From Mobula birostris (Eukaryota): a stretch of 64,000 nucleotides of DNA. The stretch is taken from assembly GCF_030028105.1 (NCBI RefSeq), contig NC_092380.1:26003144-26067143 (forward strand), given 5' to 3'. Position 1 is the stretch's first letter, and every line of letters starts with the position of its first letter. Under the pieces are notes generated by a model. That model saw nothing but the letters and a program-made list of their open reading frames with translations, was not told the DNA's origin and ran no database searches. Shown here one piece after another: positions 13,131 to 26,086 of the stretch. The position numbers and the translations under genes were made by a program.

Positions 13131-13380
13131 ACACTGCGTCTAACCTGTTTGGGACAGCTTTTTGAAACAGGATATAAAGGGCGTTCAAATAATCTGCTGG
13201 AGGAACTCAGCGGGTCGAGAGGAATCTGTGGAGGGAAAGGAATTGTTGGTACTTCAGGTCAAAACACTGTATCGGCAGTGGGATTGGAGAGGAAAAGCAC
13301 CCAGTATAGAGAGGAAGGGGAGAATGGTAAGAGAGGGTCAGTGGCTGATATAGGGAACTTTACCCTTATATTTAAAGGGA

Positions 13381-13700
13381 CGGGTGGTACCGTAGCAGCA
13401 AGCATAAGGCTTTACCGTACCGGCAACCTAGGTTCAATTCCCACCGCTGTCTGTAAAGAGTTTGTACATTCTCCCCGTGACTGTGTTGGCTTCTTCCCAC
13501 ATTCCAAAGACATACGGGTTAGGGTTAGTAAGCTGTGGGCGTTCTGCGTTGGGCACTGGAAGCGGGACAATGCTGGCGGGCATCCCCTGGCATATCCACC
13601 AGCAGTATTGGTCATTGATACAAATGATTCACTTCCCTGTTTGTTTCAAGGCTTCGAGGTACCTGTGACAAGTAAAACTAACCTTTCATCTTTTCTACTT
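13381..13700 (+). mobile_element. tRNA-derived V/HE1-type SINE
   Basis: B-box-like ggttcaattccc followed by gagtttgtacattctccccgtgactg...cccacattccaaagac. Confidence 0.7.
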
Positions 13701-13902
13701 TTCTTGCTGTGCTGTCCCTGTCCGAGAAGTGTTTGATGGGACAAAGCAGCTAACGTTTCACTCCGCTGCCTCAGCTGTTATCAGAGTGTACAAAATGCTG
13801 GGGAACGTGAATATTCTCTTTGCCAACAGACAGAAAGGGTGTCTGTGCACCCACCCTGAGTAAATTAGACCCAACGCTACAATTAACCTACGCTGGCCTC
13901 AC

Positions 13903-14103
13903 CTTCTCAGTCAGATCCTTCATGTAATGAACGCTCCAGTGGTTTGGAACCTTTACGTGCCGAGGGTGACCGAGGATTCCATCGATGGTCTTGAGGTTGT
14001 GCGTCGAGCCTGTTGTGGTCTCATAGTAATTGAAAACCTCATCGCATGAATGGTTGGTATCTAATTCCCTCAGCTTCAGGGGGAGAGGTTCCTTCAAAAA
14101 GGA
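13903..14103 (-). CDS. SAXO3: SAXO3-like, coding exon 2
   Basis: gttgtttcag|TCC...AAG|gtgagg; 201 nt; SFLKEPLP...DEVFNYYETTTGSTHNLKT...MKDLTEK. Confidence 0.8.
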
Positions 14104-14322
14104 CTGAAACAACCAAAGGTTGACACGGTGATTTATATTTAATACAGAAATACCCTCTTGATTTCTTTCGGAATCAGTTACAGCTACTTTAGGGCAGCAA
14201 TGAAGATCTTCTATTGTGCTGTTCTGGGCTTCATTCATTGCGTCCTTTTCACTACTGTCAGTCATGCAAGCCCCAGGTGGAAAAATCAGGAATACCGTCG
14301 CACTCACATGTAGAAGGATACT

Positions 14323-14560
14323 TCATTGCTGTTTCCCTAATAATTTTGTTTGACTAGCCAGGGTTGTTAGCCCTGAGCTGAACCCCCAAACCTGGAGGAC
14401 TGGTTGTCCACATTTAGTCTGGCCTCTACCCTTTGACCTGTTTAGCATGGGTGACCCTAGCAAAAGCCAAAGCATAAAGCCCTGACTCCAGCCAACGTAG
14501 CTCCCCGGGTCATTGGGGCAGGCAAGCCTCCGAACCACGATGAGATTGTGGTCCTCTTGG
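14323..14560 (-). mobile_element. RTE-like 5'UTR fragment
   Basis: Same family as 1030-1260 (ggaggcttgc..ccaatgacc..gagctacgttggctggagtcagggctttatgc). Confidence 0.55.
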
Positions 14561-15413
14561 AGGTCAATTGCAGATATGGGCAGAGAAGTGGCAGATGCAG
14601 TTTAACCCAGCCAAATATGCAGAGCTGTGTTTTGGGAGATCTAATGTAAAGAGACAGTACACTATTGTTGCTTGTTGTATTCTATAGACATGGACCCCGT
14701 TTTCCTTACTTTCCTTCATATGGAAGCGGAATTTGTAATTTTGAGCATTATGGTGCAAAAATGTAAAATTACAATAAATTACAATATAAATGAACAGTGA
14801 AAAAAGGAGTAATGAGTTCGCGCTGGTGGGTTAATTGTCCGGTTCAGAAAGCTGGAGGAGAAGCTGTTCCAAAAACGTTGAGTTAGTGTCGCATCACCGC
14901 TAACAGCCCCTGGCTGAATTACCGGACCAGCTTCTCCGCTGCTGTCCCCGCTCCAGCGATCGGAGTGTCCGCAGCTCTGACCCTCAGCGTATCACTGGCA
15001 TCGGACACCGGCCCTGGTTGAACTGGACACTTGAGCAATGGAACAGCAAGATCACAGCTTCTGGCCCTTCCTCTCGCTGTCCCAACCTGCTGGCCAGATG
15101 GTCCCCTGACTCGGGGAGTGGATAGTGATCCCGGGAATGACCTACAGACCCCCGGGGGAGGGAGTAATCCTCTGACCTACTGGGGGGGGGGGTGTGTTTG
15201 AGTGATCCCGGGAATGGCCCGCTGCCCGCCAGGGGTGAGAGTCCCCACTGACCCGGGCGATGGGTGTACCCGTGAGCGAGTATCCCCCTAACCATGGGGG
15301 TGGAGTGACCTCGGGAAGAAACCCCGAACACGGGAGTGTGGAGTCTGATCTCCTGAACCGGGTGGTGGGGAGTGATTCTCTGTCCCCCTGCCCGGTCTGA
15401 CCGTGCCACTCAC

Positions 15414-15512
15414 TCTGAGGTCCGAGGGCGGGAAGTCCCGGCCCGGGCAGTGATGCAAGCCAACGCCCGAGCTCGTCCGGCGCAGGTCCTGCCTTCTACC
15501 CGGCGGCGCCAT
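15414..15512 (-). CDS. SAXO3: SAXO3-like, coding exon 1
   Basis: ATG 15512, 99 nt, MAPPGRRQDLRRTSSGVGLHHCPGRDFPPSDLR then AGA|gtgagt; lies in a CpG-rich stretch (~14880-15790). Confidence 0.75.
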
Positions 15513-15548
15513 AGCTCCGTCCCTTTCAGGTCACTGAATGTTTATCTG

Positions 15549-15580
15549 GTTTCCCTGGAAACTGCGCCGTGATGACGTCA
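15549..15580. promoter_or_regulatory. RFX X-box (GTTTCCCTGGAAAC, 15549-15562) and full CRE (TGACGTCA, 15573-15580)
   Basis: Near-palindromic X-box and perfect CRE 37-68 nt upstream of the SAXO3-like ATG. Confidence 0.7.
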
Positions 15581-15734
15581 ATACGTTGGGTACGGTGCCG
15601 AGACCAGCGCACCCTCGACTTCCTGCTGCTTGCACATGCTGACCCCGCTCCCAAACTTCGCCGACGGATAATTCCCAGTACAAAGCGACAGCTGGTGAAC
15701 GCAGCAGGCCAGGCAGCATCTCTAGGAAGAGGTA

Positions 15735-15772
15735 CAGTCGACGTTTCGGGCCGAGACCCTTCGTCAGGACGG
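15735..15772 (-). ncRNA. Minimal type I hammerhead ribozyme motif in a Penelope-terminus repeat
   Basis: Minus strand ccgtc-CTGACGA-AGGGTCTCGGCCC-GAAAC-GTC-gactg: intact CUGAnGA and GAAA boxes, stem II, ACGU palindromic helix III. Confidence 0.7.
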
Positions 15773-15863
15773 TCACCGGAATTCCCAATATAAAGGCTAG
15801 GTTGGTTTTCGCCATGTGGAAGGAGAGATCAGATCGGTTCACTGCGGGTTACACTAGAATGCA

Positions 15864-16925
15864 ATGAGATTCTTGGTTCGTGTGCCAGTTCGGATTGGCA
15901 AAAACATCTCCTCTACAATCGCCATCAGCACAGGAGCACCACAGGGATGCGTGCTCATCCCCCCATTCTGCTCGATTTACACCAGTGACTGTGTGGCTAA
16001 GTACAGCTTCAACACCATATACAAGTTTGCTGACGACACTCTGTCGTGGGCTGTATCAAAGGGGTGATGAATCATACAGTGGGGGATTGAAAACTTGGCT
16101 GAGTGGTGTAATAACAACAAATTCTCACTCAGTGTCAATAAGACCAAGGGTCCGATTGAAGACTCCAGGAGAGGAAGCCCAGAGGTCCATGAGCCAGTAA
16201 TCATCGGAGGATCAGAGGTGGAGGGGGTCCGTAACTTTAAATTCCTGGGTGTCACTATCTCAGAGGACCTGTCCTGGACCCAACATATAAATATTATTGT
16301 GAAGAAAGCACAACAACACCTCTACCCTCCTCAGTCTGTGGAGATTCGGCATGTCATCAAAAACTTCTCTGACTTCTCTAGATGTGTGGTGGGAAGTGTG
16401 CTGACTGGCTGCGTTACAGCCTGATATGGGAACACCAATGCCTTTCAGCGGAAATTCCTACAAAAGATAGTGAATTCGGCCCAGTACATCATGGGTAAAA
16501 GCCTCCCAACCGTTGAGCACTTCTACATGAAACGTTGCCGCAGAAAAGCAGCATCCACCATTAAAGATCCTCACCACCCAGGCGATGCTCTTTTCTCGCT
16601 GCTGCCATCAGATAGAAGGTACAAGAGCCTCAGGATTCGCACCACCAGGTCCAAGAACAGTTACCACCCCTCAACCATGACACTCACTCTATTTCTGGTG
16701 TTCCCATAACTGATGGTCTCACGTTAAGGACTTTTTATCTTTTTATTTCCGGTTCAATATTTATTGCTATTTATTTTATTTGCATTTGTACTGTTTGTTG
16801 TTTATTAATTCTGTTTACAATTACTGTTTTATAGATTTGCTAAGTATGCCCGCCGGGAAAAATAATTTCAGGGTTGTTCGTGATGACGTGTATGTACTCC
16901 GATAATAAATTTTACTTTGAACTTG
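15864..16925 (+). mobile_element. Rex1/Babar LINE 3' part
   Basis: STGAPQGCVL..IYKFADDT; FKFLGVTISEDLSW; IKDPHHPG..LLPSDRRYKSL. Confidence 0.85.
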
Positions 16926-18970
16926 GAAGCTCGCAGTGTACATGGTAATAATAAATTACAGCAAGCGCTAAACAGGAGAATGGCGCAAAGTTACTCATTG
17001 CAACCTGAACTACTGCAAAAAGAAAAGTTAACGTGATAATAAGGGGAGGTGGAGTTAAGGGTTCAAAAATGTGGCAGACTCAAAAAACATGAAGGTCGAA
17101 CTTTAAGACAGAGTATAATGTTAATGGCAGGATTCGTAACAGTATGGAGGGGCAGAGGGATCTTGTGGTCCAAGTCCAGAGATCTCTCGAAGTTGCCGCG
17201 CAAGTTGATGGCGTGGTTAAGGAGGAATGTGGAGTGTTCGTCTTCACTAGTCGGGCATTGAGTTCAAGAGCGCGAAGTAATGTTGCAGTTCTATGAAACT
17301 TCGCTTTCATAATATTGTAATATAGCAATTAATAGCAAATGCATTCCATTCACTTGCCGGCTGCCTCCCCGCCCTTAAGCTTATGTTGGTTGTTTAACGC
17401 AAACGACGCCTTTCACTCTAAATGCAATACATGAACCTGAATCTGGAATATTGTGTTCAGTTCCGATTTCATCATTATAGGCAGGACGTGGACACTTCAG
17501 AGAGGGTGATAGATTTATCAGAATGTTACCCAGATTAAAGAGCATGTCTTATGAGGGTGTGTTGAGCGAGCTAGAGCTTTTCACTTTCTAAATGGAAGAG
17601 GGCCAGGGATGACTTGGTAGAGGTGTAGGAGATGATAAGAGGCATAGATGGAGTGGATAGCTAGAAACTTCTCCACCAGGGCAGAAATGGCTAATATGAA
17701 GGGGCATAACGTTCATCAGAATCAGGTTTAAACCACCAGCACATGTCGTGAAATTTGTCTTTGCAGCAGCAGTATGAGAGGAAAAGGTGACTCACAGTAA
17801 GTACATACACGTTAAATTATATAAGCAGTGCTAAATAAAATCAGTCCTGAGGTACTGTGATGGGTTCAATGTCCATTCAGAAATCGGGTGGCAGAGGGGA
17901 AGAAGCTGTTCCTGGATTATTGAGTGTGTGTCCCAGCCGCCCGAACCTCTTTCCTGATGGTAACAATGAGAACAAGGCAAGCCCTGCGTGATGGGGCCTT
18001 TATGATTGGCGCAAATTTTTGAGGTATCGCTCCTTGAAGATGTTCTGGATGCTGGGGAGGCTAGTAGCCATGATGGAGCTGGCTGAATTTGCAATCCTCT
18101 GCGGCAAATTTCGATCTAATGGAATAGCACCCCGCCCCGCGCACCCCCCCCCCCCCCATCCCAGGCGATGAAGCAGCCAGTTACAATGCTCTCTACCGTA
18201 TATCTGTAATTTGCGAGCGTCTTTGGGGATATACCAAATCTCCTCAAACTCCTAAATGAATATAGCCGATGTCATTCCTTCTTTGTAGCTGCGTCTATAT
18301 GTCAGGACCCACGATAGAGGAACATGAATTTGCTCACTCTTTCTACTTCCGATCCCTCTGTCGACTGGTGAGTGTTCCCCTGTCTTACCCTTTCTGAAGA
18401 AGGAGTAAGTTAAGATTGTCACGTTTTTGTGGCCAGCGAGCATGTGCTGTAACATGATCTATTGTGGCCAAGTTCTATACGTGTCATTCTTGAACGTACA
18501 GGAGGCAAAGTACCTGTCACTTAATCCAATGGACAAGACCATGAGACATAGGAGCAGAATTAGGCCATTTGGCTGATAGAGACTGTTCCGCAATGAGATC
18601 ATTGCTGATCCTTCTCCCCTCCTCTGCCTTATTCCCCAGCCTTCTCCCATTAACCCTTGATACTGTGGTCATTTAAGAACCTATCAATCTCCACCTTAAA
18701 TACACCCAACCACCTGACCACCACAGCTGCCTGTGGTAACCAATTCCTCAAATTCACCGCCCTCTGGCTAAAGAAATTTGTTTTAAATGGACTTCCCTCT
18801 ATCCTGAGGCTGTGCCCTCTTGTCCTAGACTCCCCCATCATGGGAAACATCCTTTCCACATCTACTCTACCTAGGCCTTTCAACATTTGAAAGGTTTCAG
18901 TGAGATTCTCACTCTCCCCCAGCCCCATCCTTCTAAATTCCAACAAGTACAGACTCAGAGCCATCGAACA

Positions 18971-21392
18971 AGGGCTGTTGTGGTGGGAGATTTTAATTTC
19001 CCAAATATCGATTGGCATTTCCCTAGAGCAAGTGGTTTAGATGGGGTGGAGTTTGTTATGTGTTTTCAGGAAAGTTTCTTGACACAATATGTAGATAAGC
19101 CTACAAGAGGAGAGGCTGTACTTGATCTGGTATTGGGAAATGAACCCGATCAAGTGTCAGATCTCTCACTGGGAGAGATAGTGATCACAATTCTATCTCC
19201 TTTACCATAGCATTCAAGAGGAATAGGAATAGACAAGTTAGGGAAACGTTTAAATGGAGTAAGGGGAAATATGGGGCTATCAGGCAGGAACTTGGAAGCA
19301 TAAATTGGAAACATATATTCTCAGGGCAATGTACGGAAGAAATGTGGCAAATGTGGCAAATGTTCAGGGGATATTTGTTCTGCGTAGAAGCATTCCAATG
19401 AGACAGGGAAAGGATGGTAGGGTACAGGAACCGTAGTGTACAAAAGCTGTTGTAAATCTAGTCAAGAAGAAAAGAAGAGCTTATGAAAGGTTCAAAAAAC
19501 TGGATAATGATAAAGATCTAGAAGATTATAAGGCTAGCAGGAAAGAGAAATTAGGAGAGCCAGAGGGGGCTACAAGAAGGCCTTGGCAGACAGGATTAAG
19601 GAAAACCCCAAGGCATTCTACAAGTATGTGAAGAGCAAGAGGATAAAACGTGAAAGAATAGGACCAATCAAGTGCGACAGTGGAAAAGTGTGTATGGAAC
19701 CAGAGGAGATAGCAGAGGTACTTAATGAATACTTTGTTTCAGTATTCACTAGGGAAAGGGATCTTGGCGATTGTAGGGATGACTTGCAGCAGACTGAAAA
19801 GTTTGAGCATGTAGGAAGAGGATGTGCTGGAGCTTTTGAAAAGCATCAAGTTGGATAAGTCACTGAGACCGGACGAGATGTACCCCAGGCTACTGTGGGA
19901 GGCGATGATCTTTGCATCATCAATGGAGATGGGAGAGGTTCCAGAGGATTGGAAGGTTGCTGATGTTGTTCCCTTGTTCAAGAAAGGGAGTAGAGATAGC
20001 CCAGGAAATTATAGACCAGTGAGTCTTACTTCAGTGGTTGGTAAGTTGATGGAGAAGATCCTGAGAGGCAGGATTTATGAACGCTTGGAGAGGCATAATA
20101 TAATATAGGAATAGTCAGCATGGCTTTGTCAAAGGCAGGTTGAGCCTGATTGAATTCCTTGAGGATGTGATGAAACACATTGATGAAGTTAGAGCAGTAG
20201 ATGTAGTGTATATGTATTCCAGCAAGGCATTTGATAAGGTACCCCATGCAAGGCTTATTGAGAAAGTAAGGAGGCATGGGATCCAAGGATACATTGCTTT
20301 GTGAATCCAGATCTGGCTTGCCCACAGAAGGCAGAGTGATTGTAGACGGGTCATATTCCGCATGGAGATTAGTGACCAGTGGTGTGCCTCAGGGATCTGT
20401 TCTAGGACCCCTGCTCTTCGTGATTTTTATAAATGACCTGGATGAGGAAGTGGAGGTTGGGTTAATAAATTTGCCGATGACACAAAGGTTGGGGGTGTTG
20501 TGGATAGTGTGGAGGGCTGTCGGAGGTTACAGCAGGACACTGATAGGATGCAAAACTGGGCTGAGTAGTGGCAGATGGAATTCAACCCAGTTAATTGTGA
20601 AGTGGTTCATTTTGGTAGGTCAAATATGATGGCAGAATATAGTATTAACGGTAAGACTCTTGGCAGTGTGGAGGATCGGAGGGATCTTGGGGTCTGAGTC
20701 CATAAGACACTCAAAGCTGTGCAGGTCAGCTCTATGGTTAAGGTGGCATACGGTGCATTGGCCTTCATCAGTTGTGGGATTGAGTTTAAGGGCCGAGAGG
20801 TAATGTTGCAGCCTTATAGGACCCTGGTCAGACCCCACTTGGAGTACCGTGCTCAGTTCTGGTTGCCTCACTACAAGAAGGATGTGAAAACCATAGAAAG
20901 GATGCAGAGGAGATTTGCAAGGATGTTGCCTGGATTGGGGAGCATGCGTTATGAGAAAAGGTTGAGTGAACTCGGCCTTTTTTCCTTGGAGCGACAGAAG
21001 ATGAGAGGTGACCTGATAGAGGTGAACAAGATGATGAGAGGCATTGATCATGTGGATGGTCAGAGTTTTTTTTCCCCCAGAGCTGAAATGGCTAGCACAA
21101 GAGGGCACAGTTTTAAGGTGCTTGGAAGTAGGTACAGAGGAGATGTCAGGGGTAAGTTGTTAGTTTTTTTAAAAAGAACGCAGAGAGTGGCGAGTGCATG
21201 GAATGGGCTGCCGGTGACGGGGCTGGAGGCAGATATGATAGGGTCTTTCAAGAGACTCCTGGATAGGTACATGGAGCGTAGAATGAGGGCTATGGGTAAC
21301 CCTATGTAATTTCTAAGATAAGCACATGTTCAGCAGAGATCTGTGGGCTGATGAGCCTGTATTGTGCTGTCGGTTTTCTACGTTCCTATGTT
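18971..21392 (+). mobile_element. 5'-truncated CR1 (APE end through RT and 3' tail) inserted in the host CR1
   Basis: [46 protein letters not shown]; tail ttcctatgtt; aaca at both junctions. Confidence 0.85.
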
Positions 21393-22365
21393 AACATTCC
21401 TCACATGATAACCCTTTCATTCCCAGAATCATCCTTGTGAACTCTCTCCAATGCCAGCACACCTTTTCGAAGATGAGGAGTCCAAAACTGTTCACAATAC
21501 TCAAGGTGAGGCCTTACCACTGCCTTATAAAGCCTCAGCATCACATCCCTGCTCTTGTTTTCCAGACCTCTTGAAATGAATGCTAGTATTGCATTTGCCT
21601 TCCTCACCACCGACTCAACCTGCAAGTTAACCTTTATGAGATTCTTTAGAAGGACTCCCAGCTCCCTTTGCACCTCAGATATTTGGATTTTCTCCCCATT
21701 AAGAAAATAGTCTGCACATTTATTTTTACTACCAAAGTACATGACCACACATTTTTTTCCAGCATTGTATTTCATTTGCCACTTTCTTCTAATCTGTCCA
21801 AGTCCTTCAGCAGCCTTCCTGTCTATCAATCTTTGCCTCTCTGCCAATCTTTGTATCATCTGTAAACTTGGCAAAGCCATATATGCCATCATCTAAATCA
21901 TTAATATACACCATAAAAAGAAGTGGTCCAAACACTGACCCCTGTGGAATGCCACTAGTCACTGGCAACCAAACAGAAAAGGATCCTTTTATTCCACTCG
22001 CTGCCTCCTATCAATCAGCCAATGCTCTAACCATGCCTGTAACTTTCCTGTAATGCCATGGGCTCTTAATGTGGTAAGCAGCTCATGTGTGGCACCTTGA
22101 AAGTCCAAATATACATCCATCATATCCCCTTTATCCATCAGACATGTTATCCATCAGACATGATATAGAACATAGGAACATAGAATAGTACAGCACAGTA
22201 CAGGCCCTTCAGCCCACAATGTTGTGCCGACCCTCAAACCCTGCCTCCCATATAAGCCCCCATCTTAAATTCCTCCATATACCTGTCTAGTAGTCTCTTA
22301 AACTTCACTAGTGTATCTGCCTCCACCACTGACTCAGGCAGTGCATTCCACGCACCAACCACTCT

Positions 22366-25169
22366 CTAAGTAAAAAACCTTCCTCTAATATCCCCCTTGA
22401 ACTTCCCACCCCTTACCTTAAAGCCATGTCCTCTTGTATTGACCAGTGGTGCCCTAGGGAAGAGGCGCTGGCTATTCACTCTATCTATTCCTCTTATTAT
22501 CTTGTACACATCTATCATGTCTCCTCTCATCCTCCTTCTCTCCAAAGAGTAAAGCCCTAGCTCCCTTAATCTCTGATCATAATGCATACTTTCTAAACCA
22601 GGCAGCATCCTGGTAAATCTCCTCTGTACCCTTTCCAATGCTTCCACATCCTTCCTATAGTGAGGTGACCAGAACTGGACACAGTACTCCAAGTGTGGCC
22701 TAACCAGAGTTTTATAGAGCTGCATCATTACATCACGACTCTTAAACTCTATCCCTCGACTTATGAAAGCTAACACCCCATAAGCTTTCTTAACTACCCT
22801 ATCCACCTGTGACACAACTTTCAGGGATCTGTGAACATGTACCCCCACATCCCTCTGCTCCTCCACACTACCAAGTATCCTGCCATTTACTTTGTACTCT
22901 GCCTTGGAGTTTGTCCTTCCAAAGTGTACCACCTCACACTTCTCCGGGTTGAACTCCATCTGCCACTTCTCAGCCCACTTCTGCATCCTATCAATGTCTC
23001 TCTGCAATCTTTGACAATCCTCTACACTATCTACAACACCACCAACCTTTGTGTCATCTGCAAACTTGCCAACCCATCCTTCTACCCCAACATCCAGGTC
23101 GTTAATAAAAATCATGAAAAGTAGAGGTCCCAGAACAGATCCTTGTGGGACACCACTAGTCACAATCCTCCAATGTGAATGTACTCCCTCCACCACCACC
23201 CTCTGCCTTCTGCAGGCAAGCCAATTCTGAATTCACCTGGCCAAACTTCCCTGGATCCCATGCCTTCTAATTTTCTGAATAAGCCTACCGTGGAACCTTG
23301 TCAAATGCCTTACTAAAATCCATATAGATCACATCCACTGCACCACCCTCATCTATATGCCTGGTCACCTCCTCAAAGAACTCTTATCAGGCTTGTTAGA
23401 CACGATCTGCCCTTCATAAAGCCGTGCTGACTGTCCCTGATCAGACTATGATTCTTTAAATGCCTATAGATCCTATCTCTAAGAATCTTTTCCAACAGCT
23501 TTCCCGCCACAGACGTAAGGCTCACTGGTCTATAATTACCCAGACTATTCCTACTACCTTTTTTGAACAAGGGGACAACATTCGCCTCCCTCCAATCCTC
23601 CGGTACCATTCCCGTGGATAATGAGGACATAAAGATCCTAGCCAGAGGCTCAGCAATCTCTTCTCTCGCCTCGTGGAGCAGTCTGGGGAATATTCCGTCA
23701 GGCCCCGGGGACTTATCTGTCCTAATGTATTTTAACAACTCCAACACCTTAATATCAACATGCTCCAGAACATCAACCTCAGTCATATTGTCCCCACCAT
23801 CATCAAGTTCCCTCTCATTGGTGAATACCGAAGAGAAGTATTCATTGAGGACCTCACTCACTTCCACAGCCTCCAGGCATATCTTCCCACCTTTATCTCT
23901 AATCGGTCCTACCTTCACTCCTGTCATCCTTTTCTTCTTCACATAATTGAAGAATGCCTTGGGGTTTTCCTTTACCCTACTCACCAAGGCCTTCTCATGC
24001 CCCCTTCTTGCTCTTCTTAGCCCCTTCTTAAGCTCCTTTCTTGCTTCCCTATATTCCTCAATAGCCCCATCTGATCCTTGCTTCCTAAACCTCATGTATG
24101 CTGCCTTCTTCCACCTGACTAGATTTTCCACCTCACTTGTCACCCATGGTTCCTTCACCCTACCATTCTTTATCTTCCTCGCCGGGACAAATTTATCCCT
24201 AACATCCCGCAAGAGATCTCAAAACATCAACCACATGTCCATAGTACATTTCCCTGCAAAAACATCATCCCAATTCACACTCACAAGTTCTAGCCTTATA
24301 GCCTTATAATTTGCCTTTCCCCAATTAAAAATTTTCCTGTCCTCTCTGATTCTATCCTTTTCCATGATAATGCTAAAGGCCAGGGAGTGGTGGTCACTAT
24401 CCCCCAGATGCTCACCCACTGAGAGATCTGTGACCTGACCCAGTTCATTACCTAGTACTAGATCTGGTATGGCATTCTCCCTGGTCGGCCTGTCCACATA
24501 CTGTGACAGGAATCCGTCCTGGACACACTTAACAAACTCTGCCCCATCTAAACCCTTGGAACTAATCAGGGGACAATCAATATTAGGAAAGTTAAAGTCA
24601 CCCATGATAACAACCCTGTTATTTTTGCACCTTTCCAAAATCTGCCTCCCAATCTGCTCCTCTGTATCTCTGCTGCTACCAGGGGGCCTATAGAATACCC
24701 CCAATAGAGTAACTGCTCCCTTTCTGTTCCCGACTTCCACCCATATTGACTCAAAAGAGCATCCTGCTACATTACCCACCCTTTCTGTAGCTGTAATAGT
24801 ATCCCTGACCAGTAATGCCACCCCTCCTCCCCTTTTTCTGCCCTCTCTATCCCTTTTAAAGCACTGAAATCCAGGAATATTGAGAATCCATTCCTGCCCT
24901 GGTGCCAGCCAAGTCTCTGTAATGGCCACTACATCATAATTCCATGTTGGTATCCAATCTCTCAGTTCATCACCTTTATTCCTGATGCTTCTTGCATTGA
25001 TGTACGCACATTTCAGCTCTTCTACCTTACTATCTTTACTCCGTTTATTTTGCTTCTCTTTCCTCAAAGCCTCTCTGTATGTTAGATCTGGCTTTACTCC
25101 ATGCACTTCTTTCACTGCTCTATCACTCTGGGTCCCATCCCCCTCACAAATTAGTTTAAACCCTCCCAA
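22366..25169 (-). pseudogene. CR1 ORF2 (APE endonuclease + RT), frameshifted
   Basis: 24219..25169 APE (NARS, ITETW, GDFN, SDH); 23373..24212 (KSPGPDG, NYRPVSLTS); 22366..23199 RT ([14 protein letters not shown]). Confidence 0.92.
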
Positions 25170-26086
25170 ACCATGCTAGCAAACTTACCTGCAAGGATTT
25201 TGCTCCCCCTCGAGTTCAGGTGCAACCCATCCAATCTGTAGAGGTCCCACCTTCCCCAGAAGAGATCCCAATGATCTAAAAATCTAAAACCCTGCTCCCT
25301 GCACCAACTCCTCAGCCACGCATTCAACTGCCATCTCCTCCAATTCTTAACATCACTGTCACATAGCACTGGCAGCAATACTGAGAACGCCACCCTTGAG
25401 GTCCCGTTCTTCAGCCTTCTGCCTAGTTCCCGAAACTCACACTTCAGGACTTCATCCCTCTTTCTGTCGTTGGTCCCAACATGTATCACGACTTCTGGTT
25501 GCTTTCCCTCTCGTACCAGGATGTCGTGCACCCGGTCAGAGACATCCTGGACCCTGGCACCCGGGAGGCAACAAACAATACGGGTGTCCTTCTCACATCC
25601 ACAAAATCTCCTGTCTGCTCCCCTGACTATAGAGTCTCCAATGACGACAGCTCTCCTCTTCTCTGTCCCACCCTTCTGCACCACAGGGTCAGACTTAGTG
25701 CTGGAGGCCCTGCCACCGTGGCTCACACCTGGTCTGTCGTCCCCGCCAACAGTATCCAGGACGGTAAACTTATTATTCAGTGGAATGGCTACAGGGGTGC
25801 TCTGCACTACCTGTCTGCTCACCTTCGCTTTCCCCCCTCTGACTGTCACCCAACGACCTGCTTCCGACAGCCTAGGTGTGACTACCTCCCTGTAACTCTC
25901 ATCTATGACTGCCTCATTCTCCCTTATGAGTCGAAGGTCATCCAGCTGCTGCTCCAGATTCCTTACACCATCTCCCAGGTCGCCCAGCCATATGCACTTC
26001 TGGCAGATGTGACTCTGCGGGAGAGGGGAGTTCCCCCAAGACTGCCACATCTCACATGAGAGGCACATCACCGTCTCAGGAGACAT
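25151..26086 (-). CDS. CR1 ORF1p: CxxC..CxxC zinc finger, coiled coil, SGNH/GDSL esterase domain (311 aa)
   Basis: ATG at 26086 (MSPETVMCLSC..CQKC); motifs VIGDSIVRG, HVGTND, DGLHL; frame uninterrupted. Confidence 0.88.
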   Translation of the reverse strand: MSPETVMCLSCEMWQSWGNSPLPQSHICQKCIWLGDLGDGVRNLEQQLDDLRLIRENEAVIDESYREVVTPRLSEAGRWVTVRGGKAKVSRQVVQSTPVAIPLNNKFTVLDTVGGDDRPGVSHGGRASSTKSDPVVQKGGTEKRRAVVIGDSIVRGADRRFCGCEKDTRIVCCLPGARVQDVSDRVHDILVREGKQPEVVIHVGTNDRKRDEVLKCEFRELGRRLKNGTSRVAFSVLLPVLCDSDVKNWRRWQLNAWLRSWCREQGFRFLDHWDLFWGRWDLYRLDGLHLNSRGSKILAGKFASMVWEGLN

